From Amphiscolops sp. MND2022 (lineage: Eukaryota): 64,000 nucleotides of DNA. The notes under the pieces are model-generated. The model ran no database searches. It had not been told where the DNA came from and saw only the letters and a list, made by a program, of their open reading frames with translations. Location: positions 29,946,001 through 30,010,000 of the forward strand of contig OZ076414.1 in assembly GCA_964187785.1 (NCBI GenBank), given 5' to 3'. How positions within the stretch are numbered: position 1 is the first letter of the stretch; each line of letters begins with the position of its first letter. This document shows, one piece after another, positions 47,435 to 59,197 of this stretch. The translations under genes and the position numbers were made by a program.

Positions 47435-47943
47435 TGCAATTCCCACAAGTTTCAACAACCCAAACACAAAGACATTACCTCATCATTGAATCTACTACAT
47501 TAGACGTTAACTGATTAGAAAACTGTCACGGTGATAATTTTCAAATACTGTTTTTCGTTCCATTTTGTTCTAGTTTTCACTTGTTCTATAAATGTTAGGG
47601 TTTGCAAATGTGATGTTCTGCAAAAGCATGCAAGACTTCGCATGATTAAATCTAAAATGAGCGAGTTTCTTCAGATCTTCAATCTATTGAACTTATCAGT
47701 TATAATTCTCGGCAGGACTTATCATGTGTACTAACATTATGACGCCCATTATATCAGAAAACTTTCTCGAGATTGTCTACAAAACTAAGGCAACTTTGTT
47801 TACTTCCAAAACACCATGACGCCAAACTCAAGTTGAGGAATTGAATATAACCTGTTAACACAGACTGATTCTTGATTTATTATATTCGAGTTTCTATTCC
47901 TGATTGTCGAACAGCTTCGAATTTGCGTCTTCAATTCAAAAAC

Positions 47944-49560
47944 ATGATTTTGCGACCCCAATTTGCTTTAATTTGGGCTCTTTTGTCATTGAATGCTTGT
48001 TTTTGTGCTGGAAGTGGGTTAAAAGCGCAAATCCAGGGCCGACTTTGGCCCAAGCCTCAGGTACAAACATCGAGTTCTACGACGTTTCAACTAAGTCCGG
48101 ACTTTCAAATAAAATATAACGGCCCATATTGTGAAATAATCGAGAAATGCATCCAGCGACACTTCGCACCCATCATGGGCAATGGACGATTTACGCACAA
48201 ACTCGGAGATGCCAGTGATACAGTTCTGCGAACCTTGGAAGTTTCCGTTGCCAGTGGTTGTTCCAGCGATTATCCGCATTCAGACATGGATGAATCGTAT
48301 CATCTGGAAGTAACCTCTGGCACCAGTATTTTGAACAGTTCGGAAGTCTGGGGTGCTTTGCGAGGAATCGAGACATTCACTCAGTTGGTTCACACTGACA
48401 CCAACACGTTGACAAGAGTTGTGATGAAAACTTCTGTAACCGATTACCCAAGGTTCAAGTTCCGGGCATTCATGATTGACACAGCCAGACATTATCTGGA
48501 CATGGATACCATTCTGACCCATCTGGATGCGATGGAAGCAACTAAGTACAATGTATTGCACTGGCATCTAGTGGATGACCAGAGTTTTCCTTACCAGAGT
48601 GAAGTCTACCCGGACCTGAGTGGGAAGGGCGCTTACAACCCAGTGACGCATATCTACACACCTGGAGATATCCACATGGTCATTGAAAACGCCAGACTTC
48701 GAGGGATCCGAGTCATGCCAGAGTTCGATACTCCCGGACACACCTTATCATGGGGCAAGGGATACCCCTCGATTTTGAGTCAGTGTATAGACGGAGAGGG
48801 TAAGATAACTTATACAGGGCCTTTGGAACCTAGGTTTAATGCAACCTATGACTTTGTGAATACACTTTTCACAGAAGTAGATCAAACCTTTCCTGATGAT
48901 GCTTTGTTTCTTGGAGGTGACGAAGTATCTTTCTCATGCTGGGAAAGCAACCAAGTTTACCAAGACTTCATCAAAGCCAATAACTTGGATGGTTACGCTG
49001 GCTTGGAAAGCTTCTACATCCAGAAACTTCTGGAACTTGTCAAAGACTTGCCGAACAAAAGGACCTCAATTGTATGGCAGGAAGTTTTCGACAACGGATT
49101 GAAAATAACCCCGGAAACGATTGTTGATGTCTGGAAAGGTGGCGACTATCAGGCAGAACTGGCTCGTGTCACTGCCAAAGGTTTCGATACTATCCTCTCA
49201 GCCCCTTGGTACCTGAATTACATAAGTTATGGCGAAGATTGGAAGAAATACTACCAAGTTGAGCCGACTGATTTCGTCGGGTCTGATGAACAGAAAGACA
49301 GGGTTGTGGGCTGTGAGGCTTGCATGTGGGGCGAATATGTTGACCCGACAAACTTTCTACCAAGAACTTGGCCGAGAGCCGCGACTGTTGCCGAACGAGC
49401 CTGGAGCAGCAAGGACACGACTGATCTCTCGGACGCATTTGATCGGCTGCACGAGTTCAGATGCAAACTGCTCAAGCGAGGAATTCCAGCGGAGCCACTG
49501 CGCCCTGGTTTTTGCGATGAGGAATGGAGAAACAAACCAGTTGGAGTCAATGAGCTCTGA
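47944..49560 (+). CDS. Beta-hexosaminidase (GH20, HEXA/HEXB-like), single exon, 538 aa with signal peptide
   Basis: Hydrophobic N-terminus; LWPKPQ, WGALRG.ETF.QL, IDTARHY, HWHLVDDQSFP, PEFDTPGH, GGDE and GCEACMWGEYVD...WPRA...ERAWS. The alpha/beta subunit cannot be assigned. Confidence 0.95.
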   Translation: MILRPQFALIWALLSLNACFCAGSGLKAQIQGRLWPKPQVQTSSSTTFQLSPDFQIKYNGPYCEIIEKCIQRHFAPIMGNGRFTHKLGDASDTVLRTLEVSVASGCSSDYPHSDMDESYHLEVTSGTSILNSSEVWGALRGIETFTQLVHTDTNTLTRVVMKTSVTDYPRFKFRAFMIDTARHYLDMDTILTHLDAMEATKYNVLHWHLVDDQSFPYQSEVYPDLSGKGAYNPVTHIYTPGDIHMVIENARLRGIRVMPEFDTPGHTLSWGKGYPSILSQCIDGEGKITYTGPLEPRFNATYDFVNTLFTEVDQTFPDDALFLGGDEVSFSCWESNQVYQDFIKANNLDGYAGLESFYIQKLLELVKDLPNKRTSIVWQEVFDNGLKITPETIVDVWKGGDYQAELARVTAKGFDTILSAPWYLNYISYGEDWKKYYQVEPTDFVGSDEQKDRVVGCEACMWGEYVDPTNFLPRTWPRAATVAERAWSSKDTTDLSDAFDRLHEFRCKLLKRGIPAEPLRPGFCDEEWRNKPVGVNEL

Positions 49561-49808
49561 AACTGCCTCGAGGTTGACTTCCACTAATTTGTGATCTCAA
49601 CTTGAAACAATGAACCGCACTATGATTGGATAGAAACACACTTTGCAAGAGAATTGATGCGATTGATTTACGATTTTATTGATCCAACTAGTTACTTAAT
49701 TCAAAAACGTCTGAAAGTTCACAACTTAAACAAACGATAAGCTTCATGAAAAAAGTTCTAGGATATTTTGCTCAATCATTTCTTCCAAACATAGATATTA
49801 GGCCATAT

Positions 49809-50008
49809 NNNNNNNNNNNNNNNNNNNNNNNNNNNNNNNNNNNNNNNNNNNNNNNNNNNNNNNNNNNNNNNNNNNNNNNNNNNNNNNNNNNNNNNNNNNN
49901 NNNNNNNNNNNNNNNNNNNNNNNNNNNNNNNNNNNNNNNNNNNNNNNNNNNNNNNNNNNNNNNNNNNNNNNNNNNNNNNNNNNNNNNNNNNNNNNNNNNN
50001 NNNNNNNN
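49809..50008. other. Assembly gap (200 N)
   Basis: Run of N from 49809 to 50008. Confidence 0.99.
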
Positions 50009-50009
50009 C

Positions 50010-52500
50010 TCACCATTGTCGCCGTAACCATAAGAGTTAGAGGAACACATGATATGGGTATTTGCCCGGGACAGGCGCCCATGACCATGAGCTCATTTTG
50101 CCTCTTTCGGGTAAAAACTGTCCCGTCAGAGGAGGATTCCGCTTCTTGTGAAGTGCTCGCCGGCCTGATCCAGTCTGTAATTGCTATCAGTAGTGCGCAT
50201 TACGCTTTTTCTTCGAAATCAACACTTAGATAGCCTTTAAAAAATGCAAGTGGTGGAAAGGAAAAATCAAGTTTTATCGAAGTTACACAGGAGATTGAAA
50301 TGAGTAGCTCACGAGCTGTCACAACAAGAGAATACGAAAATTACTACATAATTAGCACTTTTGAGGCAGCAATTAGCCGGGGACACAAGCACGGATGCTT
50401 GGTCAAGCTAATTGACTCATTTTTGGTAATCACAGCGTCTTGTAACGCTTCGCTGGAGAAAGCACTGGTTAGAACAAAGTCCAGTTCGTTTTGGCAGAAA
50501 TTTGAGTCTTTCTCTGACAGTGGCCGTGTTTTTTCTGCAATCTTCTCGTTCGGTCGGGGTCTCTTTCGAGTCTCTTGCTCAAATCCTCTTCAATTCCGTG
50601 GACAGGTACTTGAATAAAGACACGCTGCCGTCTGGCGGAATATGACTCTTTAGTAGAGGAGATATAGTCCCTTGAACGAAATTTTCATCGAAATTTTCGA
50701 AATTGTACACTCGATAGGTAATCGCTACATACACTCCCCGGGGTCTAGTCTTGACGTCCCCGTCAAGTGTGGGTTGGCGTCATTGAGTCTGTACCCAGAG
50801 TCATCTGTGTCCCACTGAGGAGGTAGAGTGCACATCAAGTAGCGCTGGACGGTTCGTTGGGACATCGTCAAGTTGGCTTCGTGGAAGTGTTTTTGACCCA
50901 GTGTTGCTGCATTTTGATCAAATCAACACAACTTTGTATACAAATCTTATACGGCAAGGTCATTGCTTTTTGTAGCCTGTCGTGAGCAATTCAGGCGTTA
51001 AAATTTCTTTTCGGCCATTCAAAAAAAAGTTTTTTATTTGCGTTAGTGTTAAAACTTGTTTTAAGGTCAACGACCATCACATGACTGTTCGAAACATATT
51101 TTCCGAAGCTCGGGAGCTTCGCACTGCTTGGCGTTTGATAAAAGTTCTTTTGGTAAGCAGTTGCCATAAAATCAATTAATTAGTACGGTCAATTTAAAAT
51201 TTCTTTTGCGAGACTTATTCTCGATCCTATCAGGCAGCTCAAGAAAAACAATGGTCGAGGTTCATCAATCTTTTTATTCTATTCATTTCTCATCTCTCCT
51301 CCTTGTTTCCTTTTCCTTTATCTTTTCTTTTATCTTTTTCGACAGTGGCAACAGTATAAACAATAACTAGCAACTAAAAGGGTGTAATAGCACCGAAAAT
51401 TTAGAGCACGGAGTGCGCACAGCGCATCTACGTGTAGCATAAAGTAGCATGAAAAAGCACTAACTGCAAACACAAATTGCAAATTGAATATTGCATCTAA
51501 CTAAGGCAAGGCAAGGACGCAGTTTCATGGTTGGGTTGCCGGTCCCAAAACGGAATGACAAGGAAGATGAAGCCCGGGGCTTCATCTCCACTTGGAGATT
51601 TTTACCCATGACCAATTGGCATTTCTATAATCGAAGCTTAGCAACAACAGAGATTGAAACCACGAGATTTCGCAAAATTTTATCTAGCATAAGACTATTG
51701 AAGTTGGAAATTGAATGACGACAAAGTTAGTTCTGTTTTACTGGGTGGCAGAGGAGTGACGCGCTCTGGGGGAAACGTCTGCCTTTGGTTGCAGTTCAGA
51801 CAGAGATCCTCTTCGCGTATTTCCTCCTCGCAGGACTGGCTTTGGTTCTGCGCTGGCAGTTTCATGGGTCCTAGGAGCTGTGTTTGAGTCACCAGGGCCA
51901 TTTTCTGCGGCTACGGAGTTGATGCCTCTGGCGAATGTTCTTGCGCTGCATTGGCTGAGCGCTAACATTGGCAGAACTTGTGGTTGATGTGGAGATTGGG
52001 ATCTGTACATCCAGTCTACTAGCATTAAACAAGTGCGGTAGATCCAGCGGTCTATTGCGGGTGGCAATGGGTCGTTTCTGTTTCGCACTGAGTTTCGGGC
52101 GTAGATCAGGTCGGCCCCAGAGCCCGCAGGCTCTGGACCAGTTGTCCTTATTCGCATGCTCTATGATTTGCCTAGAGGCTTCCCATTCGGGTCGAGGGGA
52201 TCACTTAGCAATTCCATGACGTGGTAGCAAGTCTCCGCTGGCATGTCGCTTCCTATAGTGACCCTCGCCTCTGGATTCCAAACAGGCATTGTCAGTGGGG
52301 GGATGATCAAACCTTTTAGCGTCCTTGGCGCTCCTCCAGGGTTCTTGACATCCACACGCCAAGTTTGTAGTGGTCGCGATAAGCATACTGCTCATCAAAG
52401 CCCCTTCTCGACCATACTGATTGGCTTGGCCCGGATATAATGTTGTATGACTCGGTCTTCTATTGGGTGTAATGTCTGCTTTGGGCGTAACGTCCGGACA
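50010..52500 (-). pseudogene. Possible decayed retroelement gag-like remnant
   Basis: GC-richer coding-like blocks (50010-50930, 51730-52500) with broken frames and a partial knuckle-like LCLNCNQ. No RT or IN motif seen. Confidence 0.3.
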
Positions 52501-52868
52501 CAGAAAAATGGTCTTCTTATGGTCTTATGTGCAATTTTATGTGCAAATTAGGTGTCTCTTAAAAACAACCAAAATGCTAATAGCATTTTAAGAGCACAAA
52601 AAATTTTATGCGTTTGGTTTTTTGGTTTACCTACTAGGTGAACCATAAAAAACGTCTAGACATCCTTACCGGTCAAAATGTTCTCTCATCTGATGTGTCA
52701 AAATTTTTTCGCAATCGAATGTGTGAAAGAAACGTTGTCAATTTCAATAATTAACCAGCTGAATTTCAGCGTTGAAAGTTGTATTGTGGTCAAATTTTTG
52801 GCGTTTCGAGAGCACAAAAATTTTTATGCGTTTCGTTTTCTGGTTTACCTACTAAGTGAACCATAAAC

Positions 52869-53395
52869 AAGCCGAGAACGGCCAAAGTCGGCGCCATATC
52901 TAAGGCTCAAAATTTAAAAGAGGGACCCTTCGGGCTTTGTGAAAGTCCAGCTGGTTGCAAAAAATTTGAAAAAAATTGAAGGGGGGACCCTTTGGAGACA
53001 TCAAAAAATTTCCAAAAAAAAAATTTTAATGAGATTTTTGAACAGTGTCACAGTGCCGAAAAATGTAAAAGGGGGACCCTTTGCGATTTTTTGACATCCA
53101 TTGTGTTGTAAAATATCGAAACAAATGAAGGGGGGACCCTCTGGTGCAATCCAAAACACTTCAAAAAAAGTGCTGAAAAAAGTGGGGCTAAGGTGTGTTT
53201 TCGAGGTTGTGGACGTCTGTTTTGTTTTTTCTTTTCGTTTTGGACGCGCTTCTGAGGTTGGAGTTGTTGAGGTTTGAAGTTGTTGAAGTTTGAGGTTGTT
53301 GAACAAATGAACAAAAAAGTGGAACTTTCGTGTCTAAAAAAACTACCCACTGTAATAGTCGGGCACATTTTCTACTAAAATGCGCCGACTAAAAA
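52869..53395 (-). mobile_element. Complete family C HINE (DINE-1-like architecture)
   Basis: Minus strand: T-tract + subTIR AGTCGGCGC (53382-53390) + partial inverted repeat; simple-repeat block (53260-53310); GGGTCCCC body; reverse subTIR (52886-52894) + hairpin gccg/cggc (52871-52882). Confidence 0.7.
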
Positions 53396-53734
53396 CTGAA
53401 CATGAAAATGTTTGAGTTCTCAAAGTTTCAAACAAATAAAAAACACGTGTCAACAAATATTTCAAATCAACTTTGAACGCTGCCGTCAATCATTCGAAAT
53501 ACTATCTTTTGTTCGAAGCAAAGAACTCTCACACTTTAAAATAGAAAACAAAATGACTGGTCAAGACGTCTAGACAATTTCAGATCATCCTAGTTCGAAT
53601 TATATTTAATTGGAGATGTCATTACGCAATAAGAGCTTTGATCAAATTGATTGACAGAAAAATTGAAAGATTTTCAGTATCTTGTTTACAAATAGTTCGA
53701 TTTTTTTGAAGACACAAACTTTTATGCGCTTCCT

Positions 53735-54180
53735 TTTTTAGTCGGCGCTTTTCGAAGAAAAACGCAGACTATAGTAGTGACTTCTTTTTTTAAGACCAAC
53801 GAACTGACAGATTTTATAAAGAGTTATAAATAGCTGAGCTGACTTCACTGCACTAACAGTAACTGCAACGCTAGCTATCACTGCTGGCACTTGACATAGA
53901 GGTTAATTAAGCTTTTTGAGGTCTGCCAAGCAGAAGGACGTGGGTTCGAGTCCCGTCCTTGATCAAATTTTTTTGTGCAGGTTTTTCCGGCTTTGTGAGA
54001 CTTTTTTCGCAAATTTTTTTAATGTCTCCAAAGGGTCCACCCTTCATTTTTTTTCTATTTTGCATAAGAATGGATGTTCAAAACCTCCCAAACGGCCCCT
54101 TCTACAATTTTTCGGCACTATTCGACTTACCGGAGACCAAAAAATTTCGAGAAAAAAAATTTAAAAAAATTCGGATATTT
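53735..54180 (+). mobile_element. Family C HINE with a tRNA-derived A/B-box segment (tail missing)
   Basis: Head ttttttAGTCGGCGC...gactatag at 53735; A-box-like tgacatagaggttaa (53892); B-box GGTTCGAGTCC (53943) inside stem aaggacg/cgtcctt; then the GGGTCC body. Confidence 0.6.
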
Positions 54181-55779
54181 TAAAAATTTTTTATGGTTCA
54201 CCTGGTAGACGCCTTTCTAGACCCTTTGACAAGTCGTTTCGTTCTCGTTTCGTTCTCACTTTCAATTGGTGGAACCTCTCTCGCTTCTAAATGAACAAGA
54301 TGCTGAATCGAATGACAGCGGCGTTCAAAGTTGACTTGAAATGTTTGTTCACAAATATTTCAGATTTTGGAAGCTCGAAAATTTTACGCGTCGAAACAGA
54401 CAAATTCGCACATCAGAAATGTGGACGAAAAGTCTGATCAAGATGTCTAGGTCTTCTTCTGAAGTTCGGATCATTCTTTGTTGAAGATTGGATGATTACG
54501 TAAAAAGAGGATGATTGACAGAGAACGTGAAAGATTGTCAGTGTCTTGTTGACAAATACTACGATTTTGAAGTTTGACTTTTTGTGCGTTCCGTTTTATT
54601 GGTTCACATAGTAGTAAGTTCGAATACGCGTTGTCTTCAAGTTCAAAATCTCATTTTGGTATTCTGTGATCAGATTAACCCTAATTAGCATCGCGGTACG
54701 TTTTTGCACCACTTACGATCTGCAAACTTCTAAAGGCAATAGCCCACCGTATGGTAAAGAGAACTCTTGATAAGGATTTTCAGACATAACTACATAGCAT
54801 TGCACGCATTTTCACGGATTGTTGACTTGATGTCTCCAAAATCAAGAAAACGGGACCTAAAAACTCAAAAAAATTAACGCAAAATTTCCGTTTCTCCTGT
54901 TTTCTCCTGTGGCCACTTTATAATACTGGGAACAAGATTAGGTCAAAGAGGCCCTAGCATTTTTTGAAACAAGCTGAACTGCAGTCAAAGACACCACGTG
55001 TGCAAAGTTTTGGCGCCAAGTCCGGTGCCAGTGCGCTAGCGGGCCCCCATCCCAACAATTAAATTATTAAAATGAAAGCCATGATTAACTTCTTTCGAAC
55101 GCGCTAAAAATCGTTTGTCGGACTTGAATAGTTTTGGAGAAATTGCGGTTTAAAGTTTAAGCACTAGATTTTGGGATGCATCCAGAAAATTCCACCTCCA
55201 TTCCGGGTTAAACACCAATTTTATTCTACCTCTGCTGGTAGGCAATTAAAGATCCAAGCATTTTCTTATTTTAAGTGTTCCTTTTTTTCAGGTTACATTT
55301 ACGTAAAACCGATGGTGCCTATTCATACAGCCGATTTTTATTACCTGTTACAGCTAATATGTATGGAACTTGATTTATTTGAAGAAGTTAGCATATTTGT
55401 TGTATGGCTTGGTCGCTTCGCTACCTTCGCTCCCTTCGCCAAGTAGCAACATTGGGGACTACTGGCCATATGGCACGTCGCTCTGCTTCGCTTCGCTTCT
55501 GCATTTAGGGCACTAAGAGTATGTGAACATAGCTGAAGACGTTATAATAATGATTCCGACAAAATCTGAGACGCGTTTTTCGCTTAGTGAATTCAATTCG
55601 ATTTGAAATTTCAGCCAATCAGATTGCAGCATAAACAAATATTCTGCTGTTTGGTAATTCCCCAAACAGATAATCAGATCTCTGCTGAGTCATATTTCAG
55701 ATCTCAATCTTTTGCTCCGTTAAAACTCACAAAGGTTTGAAATATTAAATCTAATGAGAGTCTGTGAAAATTTCTAACA

Positions 55780-56873
55780 TCATTTCGATGGTGCAAGAGT
55801 TGATTTCAATGCCTTGTGCAGACAGAGAGAAGAAACAATTTCAACCCCTAAACCTTCATAGTCCGTATGTTCTAATTGGGTTACAACGTGCATCCAATCT
55901 TCTTCTGTTGTCTCGGCATCTCCGAAAATACAATTCCAGGCGACCTCATCTTTGTCCCCATTCCCTGACACTTCTGTTTCCCCTTCATTGCGCAATATGG
56001 GAGAGTTAAAGTCGAGACATTTCAAAAATTCGCCCAAAACCGAAACGTCGATTTCCTTAACAAGCAACAGAGCAACTTGCCCGCAAGGCAACAAAACTTT
56101 GTTGGTACCTGGATATTTTTGAGCCGACAGGGCTTTTGCTAGTTTCACTGAGGGTACTGACATTAGTAAGTCTACGTAATCTTCTTTCCCAAAGCAAGCA
56201 GTTTCCTGGGCGAAAGATATTGCAGCGGGAATATCGCCTCTGAAAGCCATGCACCTAATTGCGTCATTGTACAACCCAAGTCTCATGTATATCTCTTCAG
56301 CAACCACCGTTCCATGGATCTTCGAATGTTTGTCACAAGCTAAAAGATCCGCGATGTCTTTTGAAGACTTTAACCACCCGTTATGAAACCATTGGTACAC
56401 GAGTTTATCTTCGCCTGCTTTCATCACAGCTCGCACGAATGCTGAACTCATTTCTTCATTGGGCAGCCGAGAAGAAAGAAACTCGGAACTCAATGATGTC
56501 ATGTAAGCCTTAGCGTAATGATACACAGCCATCGTTTCGGGTTCAGAGTTGTCAACTTCTTTGAATTTCCGAAATGTTTCAACATTACGTAATACACCTT
56601 TCGGGCTTCGTGAAGCGTGCCAAGCAGCCTGTTCATACCTCTTTTCGTCAAAAAGAATATGAAAGTGTTCGATATGCTCGATCATGCTCGAAGCTTCGTT
56701 GTTATCTAGGTCGGAAAGTTCTTCAGAAAGAGAGCCCTGAATTGACTGTTTGAAAGCATTTACAAGCGAGTCGTAAACATGCGCGGCAATTGTTTTTCCA
56801 ATTGGTTCGTTGGCAAGGTAATTTTTGGTCGCTTCATTTGCAACTGAAACTAGTTGAAACTCCTTTTGCAGGT
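55780..56873 (-). CDS. CLHC1: CLHC1 exon 4 (clathrin heavy-chain linker-like region)
   Basis: Acceptor tttcag|ac; FDEKRYEQAAWHASRSPKGVLRNVETFRKFK resembles the CLHC1 LGEYEKAA..AANSP..ILRN..T..FK segment; stop at 55780. Confidence 0.85.
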
Positions 56874-57308
56874 CTGAAACAACAAAAAAACCCTTCTACG
56901 AGAGAAAAAAAATCGAAAACTTGATTTGAAAAACTTTTTGCTTAATATACAAAAAATCTTGAAACGATTTGCTTGAAATTTTGGCGAAACTTCTCGGTGA
57001 TAAACTGAAGAGACGAGAAAAGGCGAATATAATGCAACCTTGTTGCACGAACGTTCAACAAATTCATAAGGCAACCTACGAATTCGTAGAAATTATTTTC
57101 ATTACTAAAACGAGTTCAAACAATCTCTCTGATAAGTTACCACTGGTTGAACGACCGACAACGATGACATTCAATGTTTTTTCCGACTTGGACTTTGTAA
57201 AATTTTGGAATGATCTTGAGATTTTCACTTAAACTTTCACATGATGTAGGGATTAAGTAAAATGAAATAATTCATTTTCATCAAGCAAAATTCCATTAAC
57301 TAACTAAC

Positions 57309-57837
57309 CATTATAAGTGCTTTCGAGAACAGCTTTCTGCTCTGCTGTTTTGGAATATTCCCTCCAAATAGCCTCATGCTCATCTTTTGAAATGAATTTA
57401 GTCTTCTGTGCTTCTTTCAAGACATCCAATTGCGAAGTTAAACCCCTTAACGTTTCCTGTAGTTTCTCCACATCAAACGTATCTTCCAGTTTCATTTTCT
57501 GTAGCAACGGTTTCGCTGATTTTCTAGGCGATGGATGCACTGCTTCCAATTTTTCGGCACTGTGCGACGCAAACAATCTGGATCCAAATGCATACTCATC
57601 CGGTGAGTTTCTGGCACTGTGCATTTGCTGCTCCAGTTGAAACAACTCGTCTTTCAATTTGTGATTCTGGATTCTTAATTTTTGGACATTGTCTTCCAGT
57701 TGATCGCCCCGCTTGCGCAAATTAGCCAGAGTGGCTGGTCTGGCAGCCACGTGCTTGAGCTTGTTTGACAGCATTACTGAGTTTGAGCTATCTTGTTCCA
57801 GAGTCTGGATGTAGTCGTCGTAGGAAGTTTTGATGGC
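57309..57837 (-). CDS. CLHC1: CLHC1 exon 3 (coiled-coil)
   Basis: tttttcag|GCC ... G|gttagt; phases fit both neighbours; IKTSYDDYIQTL...KLKHVAARPATL...RKRGDQLE resembles the CLHC1 N-terminal region. Confidence 0.85.
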
Positions 57838-58390
57838 CTGAAAAAGTAGAAAAAATGACTCAGTTTCCAAAATATTTTTCAATAATTTTAAACTCAACTT
57901 AACAGTATTTTCAAACATAAGGAAAACCCGATGTCATTGAAATCCCATTTTGTCATTATGTCGATGTAAACTCTCAGTAATTACCATTCAATTAATTCAG
58001 TTGAACTTTTCAAAAAATAATAGAATTAAATTAACGTCAAAAACGCCAATATCGCGACAAACATTGTGAATGATTGAATGTTGACCTTTGAAAGAAGATG
58101 GCAAATTCTTGTTGGCTTTTATTGGAAAGGTTTCCGTATTCTGAAAAAACTTAGTAAGTGGAAATTTGGGCATTCAATTTGAATCCATTTGGAAAAAGCC
58201 AACCTATCGGGTTATCACTGTCGATCAATAAATAAAACAACTTGAATTTTGAGCAACCCAAAATTTATGGAACACTGTGGCGAAAATATTCCCTCCTTTT
58301 CCCCTTTTTCGTCCCAATTAATTCTTCAATTAAACGCAAACTTTTGTTCAAAACACAAATCATAAACGTCATATAATGACGATGAATTAC

Positions 58391-58602
58391 CTTGAAAACA
58401 TCCCGGTACGACTTAGACTCCTCAATGACGTCATCGAAGGCCAGTTTCATGATTCTGTATTTCTGTGAGCTCTTGAGGTCATCCGGGAGGTCACTGCTGT
58501 CGACCTCGTTGACCTCTACTTGTGCTTGCTTCAGAATCTGCTCGGCCGCCTGTTTGTGCAGCAGGTCAGGAGGGTCTGGAGGTGGGAAGTTGAAGGGGAT
58601 CC
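58391..58602 (-). CDS. CLHC1: CLHC1 exon 2 (TSNAXIP1_N-like)
   Basis: ttttctgtag|GG ... AAG|gtaatt; KYRIMKLAFDDVIEESKSYRDVFK. Confidence 0.8.
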
Positions 58603-59154
58603 CTACAGAAAAAAAACTAATTTTCCATCGAAGTAGATTTGAAAACCACATACAGTAGCGTTCTGGAATAAAGCTACTCCATTGCTTAAAATTTTTCAAG
58701 TTTCTTTGTGTAGTTGAAAGCTACAGTGACGTCACAAATACCAAAATTTTCAGCTACGAAATCTTGGAAAATCTTCAAAACTACCAAATTTGAAATATGA
58801 CAAAATGTGTTCAAAATTACACTTTTTAAAAGTTTCAAGATGTTGAATTTTTGTATATAACAAAAGTATGTGTATGTAATTACATAAGATGTTGGCTTTA
58901 TATCCTTTTGTTTCAGGTTTTCTTCTTGAAAACCCCCTTTTGAGAAAAAAATTTGCACTTACTACTCATGGAATTAGGTTCACAATTGCATTGAACCTAT
59001 TCAATTCCTAGCTTTTCCAATGATTTTGAACGACACAACACTGTAGTGCCCCAACTATTGCTAGTTTCTGTGCAGCAAATTAATTTCAACTGAGTAATCA
59101 TTAAATACACAAAGTGATTTCTTGACCTCAATGAACAAAAAACATGATATGTAC

Positions 59155-59197
59155 CTGTATGTTTCTTGTGCTGATTTTTGGTAACGGAAGATGACAT
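59155..59197 (-). CDS. CLHC1: CLHC1 probable exon 1 (MSSSVTKNQHKKHT-G)
   Basis: ATG at 59197; donor G|gtacat at 59154 in phase 1, matching exon 2. The joined CDS is 1878 nt (625 aa). Confidence 0.6.

Noticed and set aside
47944-49560. Bacterial horizontal transfer as the reason the hexosaminidase is intronless
   Set aside because: Domain layout and motifs (LWPKPQ, GCEACMWGEYVD, C-terminal RLHEFRCKLLKRGIPAEPL.PGFC) match animal HEXA/HEXB types.
49546-49560. C-terminal VNEL as an ER-retention signal
   Set aside because: It is not a canonical KDEL/HDEL, and nothing else supports it.
53885-53962. tRNA gene on the plus strand
   Set aside because: Only the B-box/T-arm region is intact; it is embedded in a family C repeat.
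55400-55510. Another HINE head (cttcgcttcgc motifs, minus strand)
   Set aside because: No matching subTIR or tail could be found.
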